A stretch of 64,000 nt of DNA from NCBI GenBank assembly GCA_964236955.1, contig CAXSGP010000006.1, positions 21,617-85,616 of the forward strand, given 5' to 3'. The DNA is from an uncultured Oligoflexus sp. (GTDB taxonomy: Bacteria; Bdellovibrionota_B; Oligoflexia; Oligoflexales; Oligoflexaceae). Position 1 is the first letter of the stretch, and each line of letters starts with the position of its first letter. This document shows positions 29,688 through 38,765 of this stretch, one piece after another. The notes under the pieces are model-generated. The model saw only the letters and a program-made list of their open reading frames with translations. It was not told the origin of the DNA and did no database searches. The position numbers and the translations under genes are program-made.

Positions 29688-30647
29688 TTATTTATTGAAT
29701 AAAAGAACTAGTCCACGGATTGCCGCCTGCCCCATCGCCGCTATGGCCTGCTCGCTGTTGCCCGCCGTATGCGGGGTTCCCAGCAAACCCTCTGACGCCG
29801 CCAATTCTTTATCATGAAGGGGCTCCTGTTCGAAGACGTCTAACGCAGCACCAGCAATATGTCCACTGCTTAGCCCCTTCTTCACGCTGTCCAGACTTAT
29901 AACCGCCCCGCGACTCGTATTGACAAGGAAAAGTCCCGCCCGGCTACGCGAAAGCTCCCTATCCGCAAACATTCTATAAGTCTGATCGGTAAGGGGAACA
30001 TGAAAACTCAAGAGTTCGGCCCAACTTATTATATCATCATAGTCAAGTCTTTGAATTCCAAATGAAGTTTCAAGTTCAGGCTTGGCCACGAGATCACAGT
30101 AGGCAAGCTCTGCGCCCAGCAGCTGAAGAAGGGCGGCGACCTTGGATCCGACATGTCCCATGCCGATGATGCCAACCTTCATGCCCGCTAGGCTCCGGCC
30201 CCCATCCTTATTCCATAGGCCGGCGGCCAATTTGTGAGAATTTTGACAGATCTTACGGCACATACCAAGAATCAAGCCCAGGGTATGCTCGGCGACAGCC
30301 AGGCTATTGACTCCAGATTCATGATAGACGGCAACTCCGCGGGCGGCACAGGCAGCAAAATCAATATTATCAACACCCACGCCATACTTAGATACGCATA
30401 GCAGCTGTGGGAAGCCAGCAAGTTCAGCCGCCGACACCGGCTCGCCCCCGACCAGCCAGGCTTTCACGGCAGCTGCAAAGTGAGGATCAGCCAGCTGCTG
30501 GCGCTGGAGAGGATCGCGTAGATCAAGATAATGGATGCGCAGCGTTGGAAGTTTGAGGGCCAAGTCCTCGCGAAGGGCGGCGCTGCGCATGAAACTCGTT
30601 GCCGTAACGATCAGGATCGAAGCGAGAGAAGCCAAAGGTGCAGCCAT
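29688..30647 (-). CDS. D-2-hydroxyacid (phosphoglycerate-like) dehydrogenase
   Basis: GVGVDNID, VAEHT, GIIGMGHVG, HVPLT, VNTSRG, ALDVFEQEP, TPHTAG. Confidence 0.88.
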   Translation of the reverse strand: MAAPLASLASILIVTATSFMRSAALREDLALKLPTLRIHYLDLRDPLQRQQLADPHFAAAVKAWLVGGEPVSAAELAGFPQLLCVSKYGVGVDNIDFAACAARGVAVYHESGVNSLAVAEHTLGLILGMCRKICQNSHKLAAGLWNKDGGRSLAGMKVGIIGMGHVGSKVAALLQLLGAELAYCDLVAKPELETSFGIQRLDYDDIISWAELLSFHVPLTDQTYRMFADRELSRSRAGLFLVNTSRGAVISLDSVKKGLSSGHIAGAALDVFEQEPLHDKELAASEGLLGTPHTAGNSEQAIAAMGQAAIRGLVLLFNK

Positions 30648-30658
30648 GGCTTTTTAGC

Positions 30659-31588
30659 CTAATACAAGAGGAAGACAAGGCGATCGATCGTCAATGCACC
30701 GAAGACACCAAAAAGATAAAAGCACGAATAATAGAAAAGGGGCATCGCGCGCTGATTTTCTTTGGTCGCATACAGCTTATAGGCCAGCCACACAAAATAA
30801 AAGGTAAGGGCTCCCGCGATCACCCCGTAGATCCAACCGGCCACGCCAAAAACGGAGAGGGACAGAACACAAGGAATAAGAAGGGTACTGTAGAAGAAAA
30901 TCTGCTTACGCGTGACTTCAAGTCCCTTAACAGTTGGCAGCATAGGAATATTAGCCCGCGCATAGTCATCTTTATATTTGATCGCAAGCGACCAAAAGTG
31001 AGGGGGCGTCCAAAGAAAAATAATGCCAAAAAGCACCCATGCTGGCCATTCCAACGTGCCCTTAACCGCAGCCCAGCCGATCAGGGGTCCCACACAGCCT
31101 GCAGCGCCACCGATCACAATATTCTGCACCGTCCGTCTTTTAAGATACATAGTGTAAACAACGACATAGAGAAAATTTGCAGCAACGCCAAGCCAAGCAG
31201 CCAGCGGGGTCGCAAACTTATAGAGGAGGGCAAAAGAGGCCAAGCCCATGGTAACCGCAAAGAGCCCAGCCTTGCCCGTACTTATCCTGCCGGCAGGGAT
31301 GGGACGGGTTCGGGTGCGCTTCATATGTTGATCGATATCGGAATCGACAAGGTGGTTAAAGATTGCTGCCGAGCCCGACGCCAAAAAGGTTCCTAGCAAG
31401 GCTACCAATGCAAGCTGCAGGCTTGGTAATTCCCTTTGCGTCAGAAAAAGCGCGGGAATCACGGTTACGACAACCAAAAGGGAAATCGTTGGTTTGGTCA
31501 TTTGAAAGTAACTGCGCCAGTCGAGTGGCACCGCAGGTGATGCCGGGTCAGCAAAAGGGAAAGACTGAGCTGTACTTTTGTGTTCCAT
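30659..31588 (-). CDS. cyoE: Protoheme IX farnesyltransferase (heme o synthase)
   Basis: TKP, D.DID..MKRTRTRP, YT..LKRRT.QNIVIGG.AG, WTPPHFWSLA, DY..A.IPMLP. Confidence 0.96.
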   Translation of the reverse strand: MEHKSTAQSFPFADPASPAVPLDWRSYFQMTKPTISLLVVVTVIPALFLTQRELPSLQLALVALLGTFLASGSAAIFNHLVDSDIDQHMKRTRTRPIPAGRISTGKAGLFAVTMGLASFALLYKFATPLAAWLGVAANFLYVVVYTMYLKRRTVQNIVIGGAAGCVGPLIGWAAVKGTLEWPAWVLFGIIFLWTPPHFWSLAIKYKDDYARANIPMLPTVKGLEVTRKQIFFYSTLLIPCVLSLSVFGVAGWIYGVIAGALTFYFVWLAYKLYATKENQRAMPLFYYSCFYLFGVFGALTIDRLVFLLY

Positions 31589-31748
31589 AAAGAATCCTCG
31601 ATGCAGAATCGTGCCTATCTTCCATCAGCTGCGCTGCCAGAGTCGTATTTTAATAAGAAGAGGCGATAAACACAGACGCTGCATACCGCCTATGACTCGC
31701 GCAGGATAGATCAAACATAAACATCGATCGAAAATTTCGCTTGGCCTC

Positions 31749-31889
31749 TTAGAAAGGCGACGCGATATCCATCCAAATGGGAATCCACACACAGAGAAAG
31801 AAGAGGATAGGGAATAGAAACATCATAAAGACAAGAGTCAACCAACCCTTTTGTTCCCGTTGCTGCGTTGCAAGATCTTTGCTTGACAT
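31749..31889 (-). CDS. Small single-pass membrane protein (46 aa, not in ORF track)
   Basis: GAGGT SD, ATG, MSSKDLATQQREQKGWLTLVFMMFLFPILFFLCVWIPIWMDIASPF, TAA. Confidence 0.65.
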   Translation of the reverse strand: MSSKDLATQQREQKGWLTLVFMMFLFPILFFLCVWIPIWMDIASPF

Positions 31890-32019
31890 GAATTACCTCG
31901 TGCAGAGTGGACTCAAATAAAGGGATTCTACCATGTTCCGATCGAACCCCCTTTCTATCACGGACTTTTTAAGTGCAAAAGAGCTATTGCAGAGAATCGA
32001 AGGTTCCAGGCGGATCGAT

Positions 32020-34305
32020 TTATTCGGCGGCACCAAGCCATCGGTACACTTCCAGATTCCGCCAAACATTCTTAACATAGGAACTTGTTTCACCAAAACT
32101 AAGGCCTTCAGCCCAGACTGTTAAATCTGGCGCATCGCGTCGCAGCATCCATGTATCGACGACATATTCCCCTGCGTTATAAGCAGCTATCGCCCGCGGC
32201 CATTTATTTTGATAGCGCTTGCCAAGTTTGGCCAGATAAAGGGAGCCAAGTTGGATATTCAACTCCGGCTGTCGTAAACGTTCCCTCATATCTTTAGTGC
32301 TGATGCCCTGCGAGCGTGCCAGCTCCTGAGCCGTTGCGGGCATGAGTTGCATCAGGCCGATCGCGCCGACCGGGGAGGTGACCTCAGGCCGAAAGCTGCT
32401 CTCTTGGCGGGCAATGCCCCAGATCAGCGGGGCTTCGATAAAATTGCTTTGGGCATATCGGGCCACCTCACTCCTGTAGGGCCTTGGGAAAAAGATCAGC
32501 AGCTGTTCCGGATAGTCCTCCCAAAGACCGGCATGCCTCTGGCTCAAGTCCGAACTGAGACTGATGGCCAGAATATGCTGCTGAGCCATCTCAAAGAGAC
32601 GGCTGGCATAAAGGCTGGGCTCGACCTCAGCCATCAGTTTGGGTTTGGCGTTGATCTGATCAAAAAGCTCCTGGCCGAGGCCTGTGTAGTAGGCTGTGAG
32701 CTTAGCGCCAACGGCAGCTTCAAGTCGATGAAACCTGCGGATCGCTTCGGCATCCTGGCCGTAAGCGCCCCAGGCAAAGTTAGCCAATTTGGAAAGCTTG
32801 GAAGCCTTTACCCTTTTAAAGGGATCGCTCCATTTCCTCTCTGGATCGATTTGCGGCACGGCGACCACCGAGTAGAAACTCAGCGGACTTATCCTTTGCA
32901 GCTCTTCAAAGGCAGCATCGGCTGAACTTTTTTGATTGAGCTCCCAGTGGGCGCGGCCCTGCCAATAGAGCGCCTTAATCCGGAGGCTATCCTCAAGCTT
33001 TTCCCGCAGAAAGACATCCCAGGCTTTGATAGCCTCAACCTTATCGCCCTTACGATACTGATACCAGCCCTCCGACCATTCGAGACGCTGCCGCCATTCG
33101 GTTGAAATTTCTGGAGTTTCGAGCGCAAGCTTATTGAAGGACAAGGCCGTAGTAAAATCGAGCTGCTCATAGGCCACACGTGAGCTAAGGATATGCATGC
33201 CATCGCTTTTTAAATCGATGGCTGCCTGAGTATCCTTGGCGTCTTGATTCAGACTTTGTAACAGCGGAATGCCGTCAAGACCTTCATGAGCTGCTATTTT
33301 CGCCCGCTCATAATCGCCGAGCATCGCCCGATTGCGGGCCACCCAGTAGAGGCTTTCAATCAATCTTTTTTGCTTTTCAAAGGCTGACCATTTCAAAAGA
33401 TCGAGCGGAAGATCGCTGCTCTTTAAAAGTTGCGATTGGTTCTGATAGGCATCCGCAGCCCCTTTGCGATCGCCAATCGCCTTCAGCGTCTGAATCTGTA
33501 GCTCGGCTGCACGCACCGCCCGAGCCCTGTCCGCAGCCTCAGCCGATAATTCGGCCACGGCTTGCTTAAAGAACACGCTGGCTTTATTGGGCTCGCCTTC
33601 ACAGTTGGCCAGTAGCCCGTTCCAGTAGATGCGTTGGGCCTCGCTCAGCCCGCTTACCCACATTAACCATTTGTTATCAAGACTTTTGCCACATACAGCC
33701 TGGGCTCGAGCTTCCCAAAACACCGCATCGGAGCGATTATAGTTCTCAGGGCTTGGCAGCGGGGCCGGCGGCGTAAAAGCATCCGCCTTGGGTCCAAGGA
33801 AACCTTGAAATTTTCGAGTCAGTGCCTTTTTGGTAGTCAGCGCCTGTTTCTTTAAAAAGGCGCTGTCCTCACCTTCATTGGTGGCGGCCAAAAGAATGCG
33901 CGCGAGCGCTTCGGGGCTTGTGCCACTTGCTGGATCCGCCTTGGCTTGCACAGCAACCCATCGCTGCAGGGAGACCTTGCCCACCGCACCCGAATCTAGC
34001 TTTAATGCCCTGAGCCAGAGCTGTGAGGCCTGGTCCCAGGCCATGCTCTCCTCGGCAACTTCAGCCTTGACGACCGCCAGGAGATCCTCAACATAAACCC
34101 GCAGGGTCGGCTCTTCTTTCAAAAGTTTTTCCAGATCGGCCTGCTGCTGCGACCAACTTGCTTCGCGCTGAACTTTAGCCACCAGCTCTATGGGAAAGAG
34201 GGCGTGGTGGGAATCGGTCGAGCAGGCGGCGGCGCTCAGCAGAAGACTGCCGAGCAGCCCCTGCCTAAAAAGCCGCCGCGTCGGGAATAAACCGAACTTA
34301 ACCAT
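32020..34305 (-). CDS. Slt70-like lytic transglycosylase, probable lipoprotein
   Basis: IARQESSF, GAIGLMQLMP, AAYNAG, ETSSYVKNV; TPR-like N-terminal region; LSAAAC lipobox-like sequence. Confidence 0.9.
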   Translation of the reverse strand: MVKFGLFPTRRLFRQGLLGSLLLSAAACSTDSHHALFPIELVAKVQREASWSQQQADLEKLLKEEPTLRVYVEDLLAVVKAEVAEESMAWDQASQLWLRALKLDSGAVGKVSLQRWVAVQAKADPASGTSPEALARILLAATNEGEDSAFLKKQALTTKKALTRKFQGFLGPKADAFTPPAPLPSPENYNRSDAVFWEARAQAVCGKSLDNKWLMWVSGLSEAQRIYWNGLLANCEGEPNKASVFFKQAVAELSAEAADRARAVRAAELQIQTLKAIGDRKGAADAYQNQSQLLKSSDLPLDLLKWSAFEKQKRLIESLYWVARNRAMLGDYERAKIAAHEGLDGIPLLQSLNQDAKDTQAAIDLKSDGMHILSSRVAYEQLDFTTALSFNKLALETPEISTEWRQRLEWSEGWYQYRKGDKVEAIKAWDVFLREKLEDSLRIKALYWQGRAHWELNQKSSADAAFEELQRISPLSFYSVVAVPQIDPERKWSDPFKRVKASKLSKLANFAWGAYGQDAEAIRRFHRLEAAVGAKLTAYYTGLGQELFDQINAKPKLMAEVEPSLYASRLFEMAQQHILAISLSSDLSQRHAGLWEDYPEQLLIFFPRPYRSEVARYAQSNFIEAPLIWGIARQESSFRPEVTSPVGAIGLMQLMPATAQELARSQGISTKDMRERLRQPELNIQLGSLYLAKLGKRYQNKWPRAIAAYNAGEYVVDTWMLRRDAPDLTVWAEGLSFGETSSYVKNVWRNLEVYRWLGAAE

Positions 34306-35320
34306 AAAGAGAACCCTTCACAACCGTGCCTTCAAGACTCACTGACCCATCCAGTATTTTACCGCCGGCCTGCACCAAAGCGTGACTGACATCCTCACGC
34401 ACGTTGGGATCGGCAAAAACCGCCATCACGCCGCCACCACCGGCACCACAGAGGCGCGAGAACATAGCACCTTTACTCTTGGCGGCATGGGCAATGGCCC
34501 GGGTCTCTGCCGTTTCAATATCGGTCCATAATTTTATCCGCAAATTCCATTCATCTGCCGATAGTTTAAAGACATCTTTCCAGGCACCCTCACGCACGGC
34601 GTTGGCCATATTGGTCGCTATCAAACCCATGTCGTTGAGTATGGCAAGCGTGACTTTATCGCCTTCAAAGGCTTTGTTAAAGATCGCCCAGTTGTTTTTA
34701 CCCGAGGCGCGCGACACTCCGCTGTAACAGAGGATGAGCATATCCTTAAGGGCCAAGATATCGCTACCCCGCAGCGTTTCCACCGCAGTGCCCCCGAGCG
34801 GGTAGCTGATGAGGTTGATGCCGCCGCGCAGGCCACCCCAATAATCCTGACAGCCCGTAGGCACACGAATCACAGCGGTTTCCACATCCTGTACCGTCTG
34901 CACGAGTTCACTGTCGCTCAGTAAGAGGGGCAACCCAATTTCCGTGCGGGCCTTTAACAGCGCTGAAGCAAAGGCTATCGCAAGGCAGGAGGAACCACCA
35001 AGGCCTGCGCCGGCTGGCGATTTTGCCTGCACCTCGATCTTCAATGCCGGCAGCGTCTGATGCCAAAAGCAGTGTAAAATTTTGCTGAAGAGCGGCAGAC
35101 GCGTATCCTCCATCACCGCGGCCCAGGTGCCGACGAGTTCGAGCTTTTGATCGACGCTTTTGATATGGTAGCCCTCGCCACAGGCGCTGACGTTGACCTG
35201 GGCATCGAGGGTTATCCCAAAATTCACCGTGGCCTTATGCTGAAGGATTCGGGTCAAGGGTGCGATATCAAGCGTTCCACCTGCTAGATCAACACGAGTA
35301 GGGCTGCGAGCTATTATCAC
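34298..35320 (-). CDS. GHMP-family sugar kinase (HddA/fucokinase-like)
   Basis: PTRVDLAGGTLD, PAGAGLGGSS, TGCQDY, GAGGGG. Confidence 0.85.
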   Translation of the reverse strand: MIIARSPTRVDLAGGTLDIAPLTRILQHKATVNFGITLDAQVNVSACGEGYHIKSVDQKLELVGTWAAVMEDTRLPLFSKILHCFWHQTLPALKIEVQAKSPAGAGLGGSSCLAIAFASALLKARTEIGLPLLLSDSELVQTVQDVETAVIRVPTGCQDYWGGLRGGINLISYPLGGTAVETLRGSDILALKDMLILCYSGVSRASGKNNWAIFNKAFEGDKVTLAILNDMGLIATNMANAVREGAWKDVFKLSADEWNLRIKLWTDIETAETRAIAHAAKSKGAMFSRLCGAGGGGVMAVFADPNVREDVSHALVQAGGKILDGSVSLEGTVVKGSLYG

Positions 35321-35476
35321 CTGATGGTCTCCCTTAATTTCGACGCTTTTCGTTTCTGGCCTTGGGCTGCTTTTAAGCTCTATGCTAAACTATACCGAAA
35401 GCATTTGAGGCATCCCAACACCAAAGTGCAGTGGCCCTCCAGAAAGAACGTTCCCTCTGCCTTGAAGGTCACCCCT

Positions 35477-35995
35477 ATGACGCGTCATATAAGTTCTTTT
35501 TCTACAAAGAAATTCATCTGCTCGTGGGATCTCGATCCCAAACGAAGCGACGCTACCAAGCTTAACCTTGAGCGATTCTTAAAGCTTTTACCAGCCCTCG
35601 AGTGGAAGAAGGTAAAGGGCCTCGAGGATAAAAATTTTCTGCCCTGTGACCTGGCTGTCGTCTATGCCTGGCATCTCGACCAAATCGAGCTGCAGTCCTG
35701 GCTTGAAAATTTTGAAAAACGATGGAAGAAACAAAGCGCGATTTGGATCCCGGCCCTGATAGTATCCCCCCTTGATATCGGCGATCTTGTCAACAGCATG
35801 GATAGCATATGGGCGTCGAATTGGTATTTTGATATCATTCACCCTGATCATTTTCTAAGTTTACCCGTCCGCATCGCCAACCTGCTGCGCATCCATGATC
35901 ATTTGCATGAGCTCGGACGCTATGAAACGGAGATGAGACTGATGCGCGACAATATTGCCAGGATCGAAAAACAACTTGTCGACATGAAGGTATAA
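35477..35995 (+). CDS. Hypothetical protein, degenerate receiver-like domain plus coiled coil
   Basis: CDLAVVY, IPALIVS, FDII.P...LPVRIANLLRI pattern; start uncertain (ORF open from 35324). Confidence 0.6.
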   Translation: MTRHISSFSTKKFICSWDLDPKRSDATKLNLERFLKLLPALEWKKVKGLEDKNFLPCDLAVVYAWHLDQIELQSWLENFEKRWKKQSAIWIPALIVSPLDIGDLVNSMDSIWASNWYFDIIHPDHFLSLPVRIANLLRIHDHLHELGRYETEMRLMRDNIARIEKQLVDMKV

Positions 35996-36003
35996 GGACA
36001 ACC

Positions 36004-36303
36004 GTGAGCTATATACCGACCGAACAACTCGATGGCGCCAACCTCATCGCCCAATTCATCATCGAATATCGGGCGCGGGGTCATTTTTTACCCTATGATG
36101 ATCATCTCCTCGTGAAAAAATGGATAGGACAGGCGGGTGATGTCGATACGCTGCTCCTCGTGCTGTCCGACATTATTCCAAAGTTCTTCCAAGGAGCGGC
36201 GGCTCAAAGTAAGCATCCTCCTGCACTGGCGCGATTGGATAGGAGGGTGCTGCAGATACTTAAAGCCCGTCGCAAAAATCAGATGCCTATGCTTGAGGCG
36301 TAA
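36004..36303 (+). CDS. Hypothetical protein, possible DnaD-like domain
   Basis: AAGGA SD before GTG; F..YR.RG.FL..DD..LV.KW pattern. Confidence 0.65.
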   Translation: MSYIPTEQLDGANLIAQFIIEYRARGHFLPYDDHLLVKKWIGQAGDVDTLLLVLSDIIPKFFQGAAAQSKHPPALARLDRRVLQILKARRKNQMPMLEA

Positions 36304-36331
36304 TACTGACGATTTCATTTAAGAGGTGTGC

Positions 36332-36670
36332 ATGAAGCTGAATCCCGCTCTAAGCCCGATTAATGATGATTCCCTGAAGACTTATCTCGCTGAAAAAAAA
36401 GCCCCCCTGCTCGTCTCATTTTGGGCCCCCTGGAGCACCAGCTGTCAGATCCTTGAACAAACCCTCAATGAACTCGCCCAGGATTATCTTAAACGGGTCC
36501 AGATTGCCGTCCTGAATATTGACGAAAATGCCCATTCACCCGCCGAATATGGCATCAAATCGATACCTCACCTCCTCCTCTTCGATCAGGGCGAAATCGT
36601 CGCCAGTTTTTCGGGTGCACAACCTAAGAATAAGCTCGTGGAAATTCTTGAAACGCACCTATCCTCCTGA
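36332..36670 (+). CDS. Thioredoxin-fold protein with atypical WSTSC site
   Basis: LVSFWAPWSTSC, LNIDEN, YGIKSIP.LLLF..G...GAQPK. Confidence 0.88.
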   Translation: MKLNPALSPINDDSLKTYLAEKKAPLLVSFWAPWSTSCQILEQTLNELAQDYLKRVQIAVLNIDENAHSPAEYGIKSIPHLLLFDQGEIVASFSGAQPKNKLVEILETHLSS

Positions 36671-36720
36671 CCTCGACTTCTGTTAGATTTTCCTCCGCTG
36701 GAACCTATGGCTGAGGACGA

Positions 36721-37386
36721 GTGATGAAGGGCGCGATTGAAAAGAAAAGTCTGCAAAAGGATCGCCGACTGATCGGCGTCGATGAGGTTGGTCGCGGCTG
36801 TCTTGCGGGTCCGGTTTATGCCGCCATCGCTGCCCTGGATTACGAAAAGATCGATGCCCTGGATAAGACCACCCGCAGTCTCATTCGGGATTCCAAAAAA
36901 CTGTCATCGAAGCAAAGACAAAAAATTCTGCCGATTCTTGAGCAGGTTTGTATCGAATGGGGCCTCGGCCATGCCAGCGAACGTGAGATCGAAACTTTGG
37001 GCATTGTAGCGGCCACTTTTTTAGCGATGAAACGCGCCTATCTCAATCTCAAGGATAGCTATGATCTGCTCCTGATCGATGGTAACCAGCGGCATCCCGA
37101 TATGCCGATGGAACAGCTCACGGTGGTGGGTGGTGATAGCCTCTGCTATGCAATTGCCGCCGCGTCTATCCTGGCCAAAGAGGCCCGAGATGCCGTGATG
37201 CGCGCCGCCCATGAGCAGTTTCCTCAGTATGGCTTTATTGATCATGTTGGCTATGGCACAAAAAGTCATTTGCAAGCCCTCAACGAACACGGCATTAGTC
37301 CCTTGCATCGGCGCACGTTCGCCCCGATTCGCTCTATGCTAAAGGTAGATGTCACGGTTGAGTTGGGCCAAGGGAGAGAAGTCTGA
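36721..37386 (+). CDS. rnhB: Ribonuclease HII
   Basis: GVDEVGRGCLAGPV, RDSKKLS, LIDGN, GD...IAAASILAK, GYGT..H, HRRTF. Confidence 0.96.
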   Translation: MMKGAIEKKSLQKDRRLIGVDEVGRGCLAGPVYAAIAALDYEKIDALDKTTRSLIRDSKKLSSKQRQKILPILEQVCIEWGLGHASEREIETLGIVAATFLAMKRAYLNLKDSYDLLLIDGNQRHPDMPMEQLTVVGGDSLCYAIAAASILAKEARDAVMRAAHEQFPQYGFIDHVGYGTKSHLQALNEHGISPLHRRTFAPIRSMLKVDVTVELGQGREV

Positions 37387-37783
37387 AGAATTTGTCGTAC
37401 GCCAGCTTGAAAGAAAGGGTTGGAAGATTTTGGCGCGTAACTTCCGCCGGCGCGGTTTTGAAATCGACATCATAGCCAGTCGCTTGGACCGTTTGCTCTG
37501 CGTTGAAGTCAAATCGCGATCCAACCAAGGCCTCACGGATGTGAGCTCTCTTCTTAATCCCGGCAAGATGCAAAGGCTTTGCCGCGGTATGAATACATGG
37601 CTTCAGACCTTTGGACCCGAAGAATCCCGCAATACTGAATTTTGGCTGTGTCTGGTCGAAAAGGCGATACCGATAAAAAGCCTGGAAGTCAGGGACAGTG
37701 GTAAGAGCAGGCCAGGAAAAGAGAAAGTGAAAGTGAACTGGATGCGCTGGGCTGGCGATGAAGGTCCGGAGCCAAAAAATTAA
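37349..37783 (+). CDS. YraN/UPF0102 family putative endonuclease
   Basis: G...E...L..KGWKILARNFR...EIDII...VEVKSR. Confidence 0.85.
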   Translation: MSRLSWAKGEKSEEFVVRQLERKGWKILARNFRRRGFEIDIIASRLDRLLCVEVKSRSNQGLTDVSSLLNPGKMQRLCRGMNTWLQTFGPEESRNTEFWLCLVEKAIPIKSLEVRDSGKSRPGKEKVKVNWMRWAGDEGPEPKN

Positions 37784-37831
37784 ACCTTCCCCCAGCCATA
37801 AGGCTAAGGCAAGGTTCGAAAGAACTGGGAA

Positions 37832-38215
37832 TTAATCTTTTTTCGTTGCCATATAACGGCTACGGATACGAGCCGCTTTGCCAGTGAGGTCGCGGAGGTA
37901 GTAAAGACGGGAACGACGGACGATACCGTGAGCGACGACTTCAACCTTAGCAATCTGGGCAGAAAAAGCCGGGAAAACGCGTTCTACGCCGATGCTATTG
38001 GCACCGATTTTACGAACGGTAAAGCTTGACTCCGGCCCACCTTTTTTAAACGCAATCACAACGCCTTCGAATTGCTGGATACGAAACTTTGCAGCGTCCG
38101 CGCCTTCTTGGAGTTTGTAATGAATACGCACTGTGTCGCCTGGACGAAACACTGGGAGTAGCGATGCTTCAGGAAACTTTTTCTTTTCGAATTTAGCTAT
38201 AATAGCATTTTTCAT
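37832..38215 (-). CDS. rplS: 50S ribosomal protein L19
   Basis: [24 protein letters not shown]...[26 protein letters not shown]. Confidence 0.97.
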   Translation of the reverse strand: MKNAIIAKFEKKKFPEASLLPVFRPGDTVRIHYKLQEGADAAKFRIQQFEGVVIAFKKGGPESSFTVRKIGANSIGVERVFPAFSAQIAKVEVVAHGIVRRSRLYYLRDLTGKAARIRSRYMATKKD

Positions 38216-38342
38216 GGGTATTAAACCTATTGCAGTTTGCAGGCTCTTTTAAGTGCTACCCTGACTTATCATTGCAGGAGTGAGCTGAATACCTCAGTTC
38301 CTACGATGGGTCAAGGACTTGTTCCCTTAGCGCCTGCGATGG

Positions 38343-38765
38343 TTAGATTGCAAATTCTACAGTTCGCATATTCAACAGCTGCTGTTTTGCGTCAACAAAG
38401 ACGTGGTATAGCTCTTCGCGTTCCCCAGTTGGTATTTTTTGACGCATAAAAGGCAGGATTTTATCCTCTACCGTTTCGCTGTGTCGCGTGAAGCTTTCAA
38501 GAAGTTCGGCTCCATCTTGGCACTTATCGCTACACAAAGACTGCAGATTCCTAAGGCCCTGCTGATACCTCTTAAGAAGGACATCTCTATGGTTAGCAAT
38601 AAGCGATAACTCAGGCAAGAGGAACTCAGTTTCCCAGGCCAGATGTACATTAAGACGCATTAAAATAGCCGTCTTCACGGAATCTTTGCCCGAGAGTTGA
38701 GACAGATCAGCAAGTTCGGCTTTGCGGCTACGAAATTCTGCCTTCAAGAGCTGCAGTACATCCAT
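38343..38765 (-). CDS. Degenerate hemerythrin/HHE-like protein
   Basis: MDVLQLLKAE, H...E..FLLP, H....E..ILP, EREEL pattern; AAGGAG SD. Confidence 0.6.
   Translation of the reverse strand: MDVLQLLKAEFRSRKAELADLSQLSGKDSVKTAILMRLNVHLAWETEFLLPELSLIANHRDVLLKRYQQGLRNLQSLCSDKCQDGAELLESFTRHSETVEDKILPFMRQKIPTGEREELYHVFVDAKQQLLNMRTVEFAI

Noticed and set aside
31600..31618. Sigma54-like GGCACG...TGCA upstream of cyoE (similar TGGCAC near 6438)
   Set aside because: GG to GC spacing is 9 rather than 10 nt; the 6438 site lacks the -12 GC
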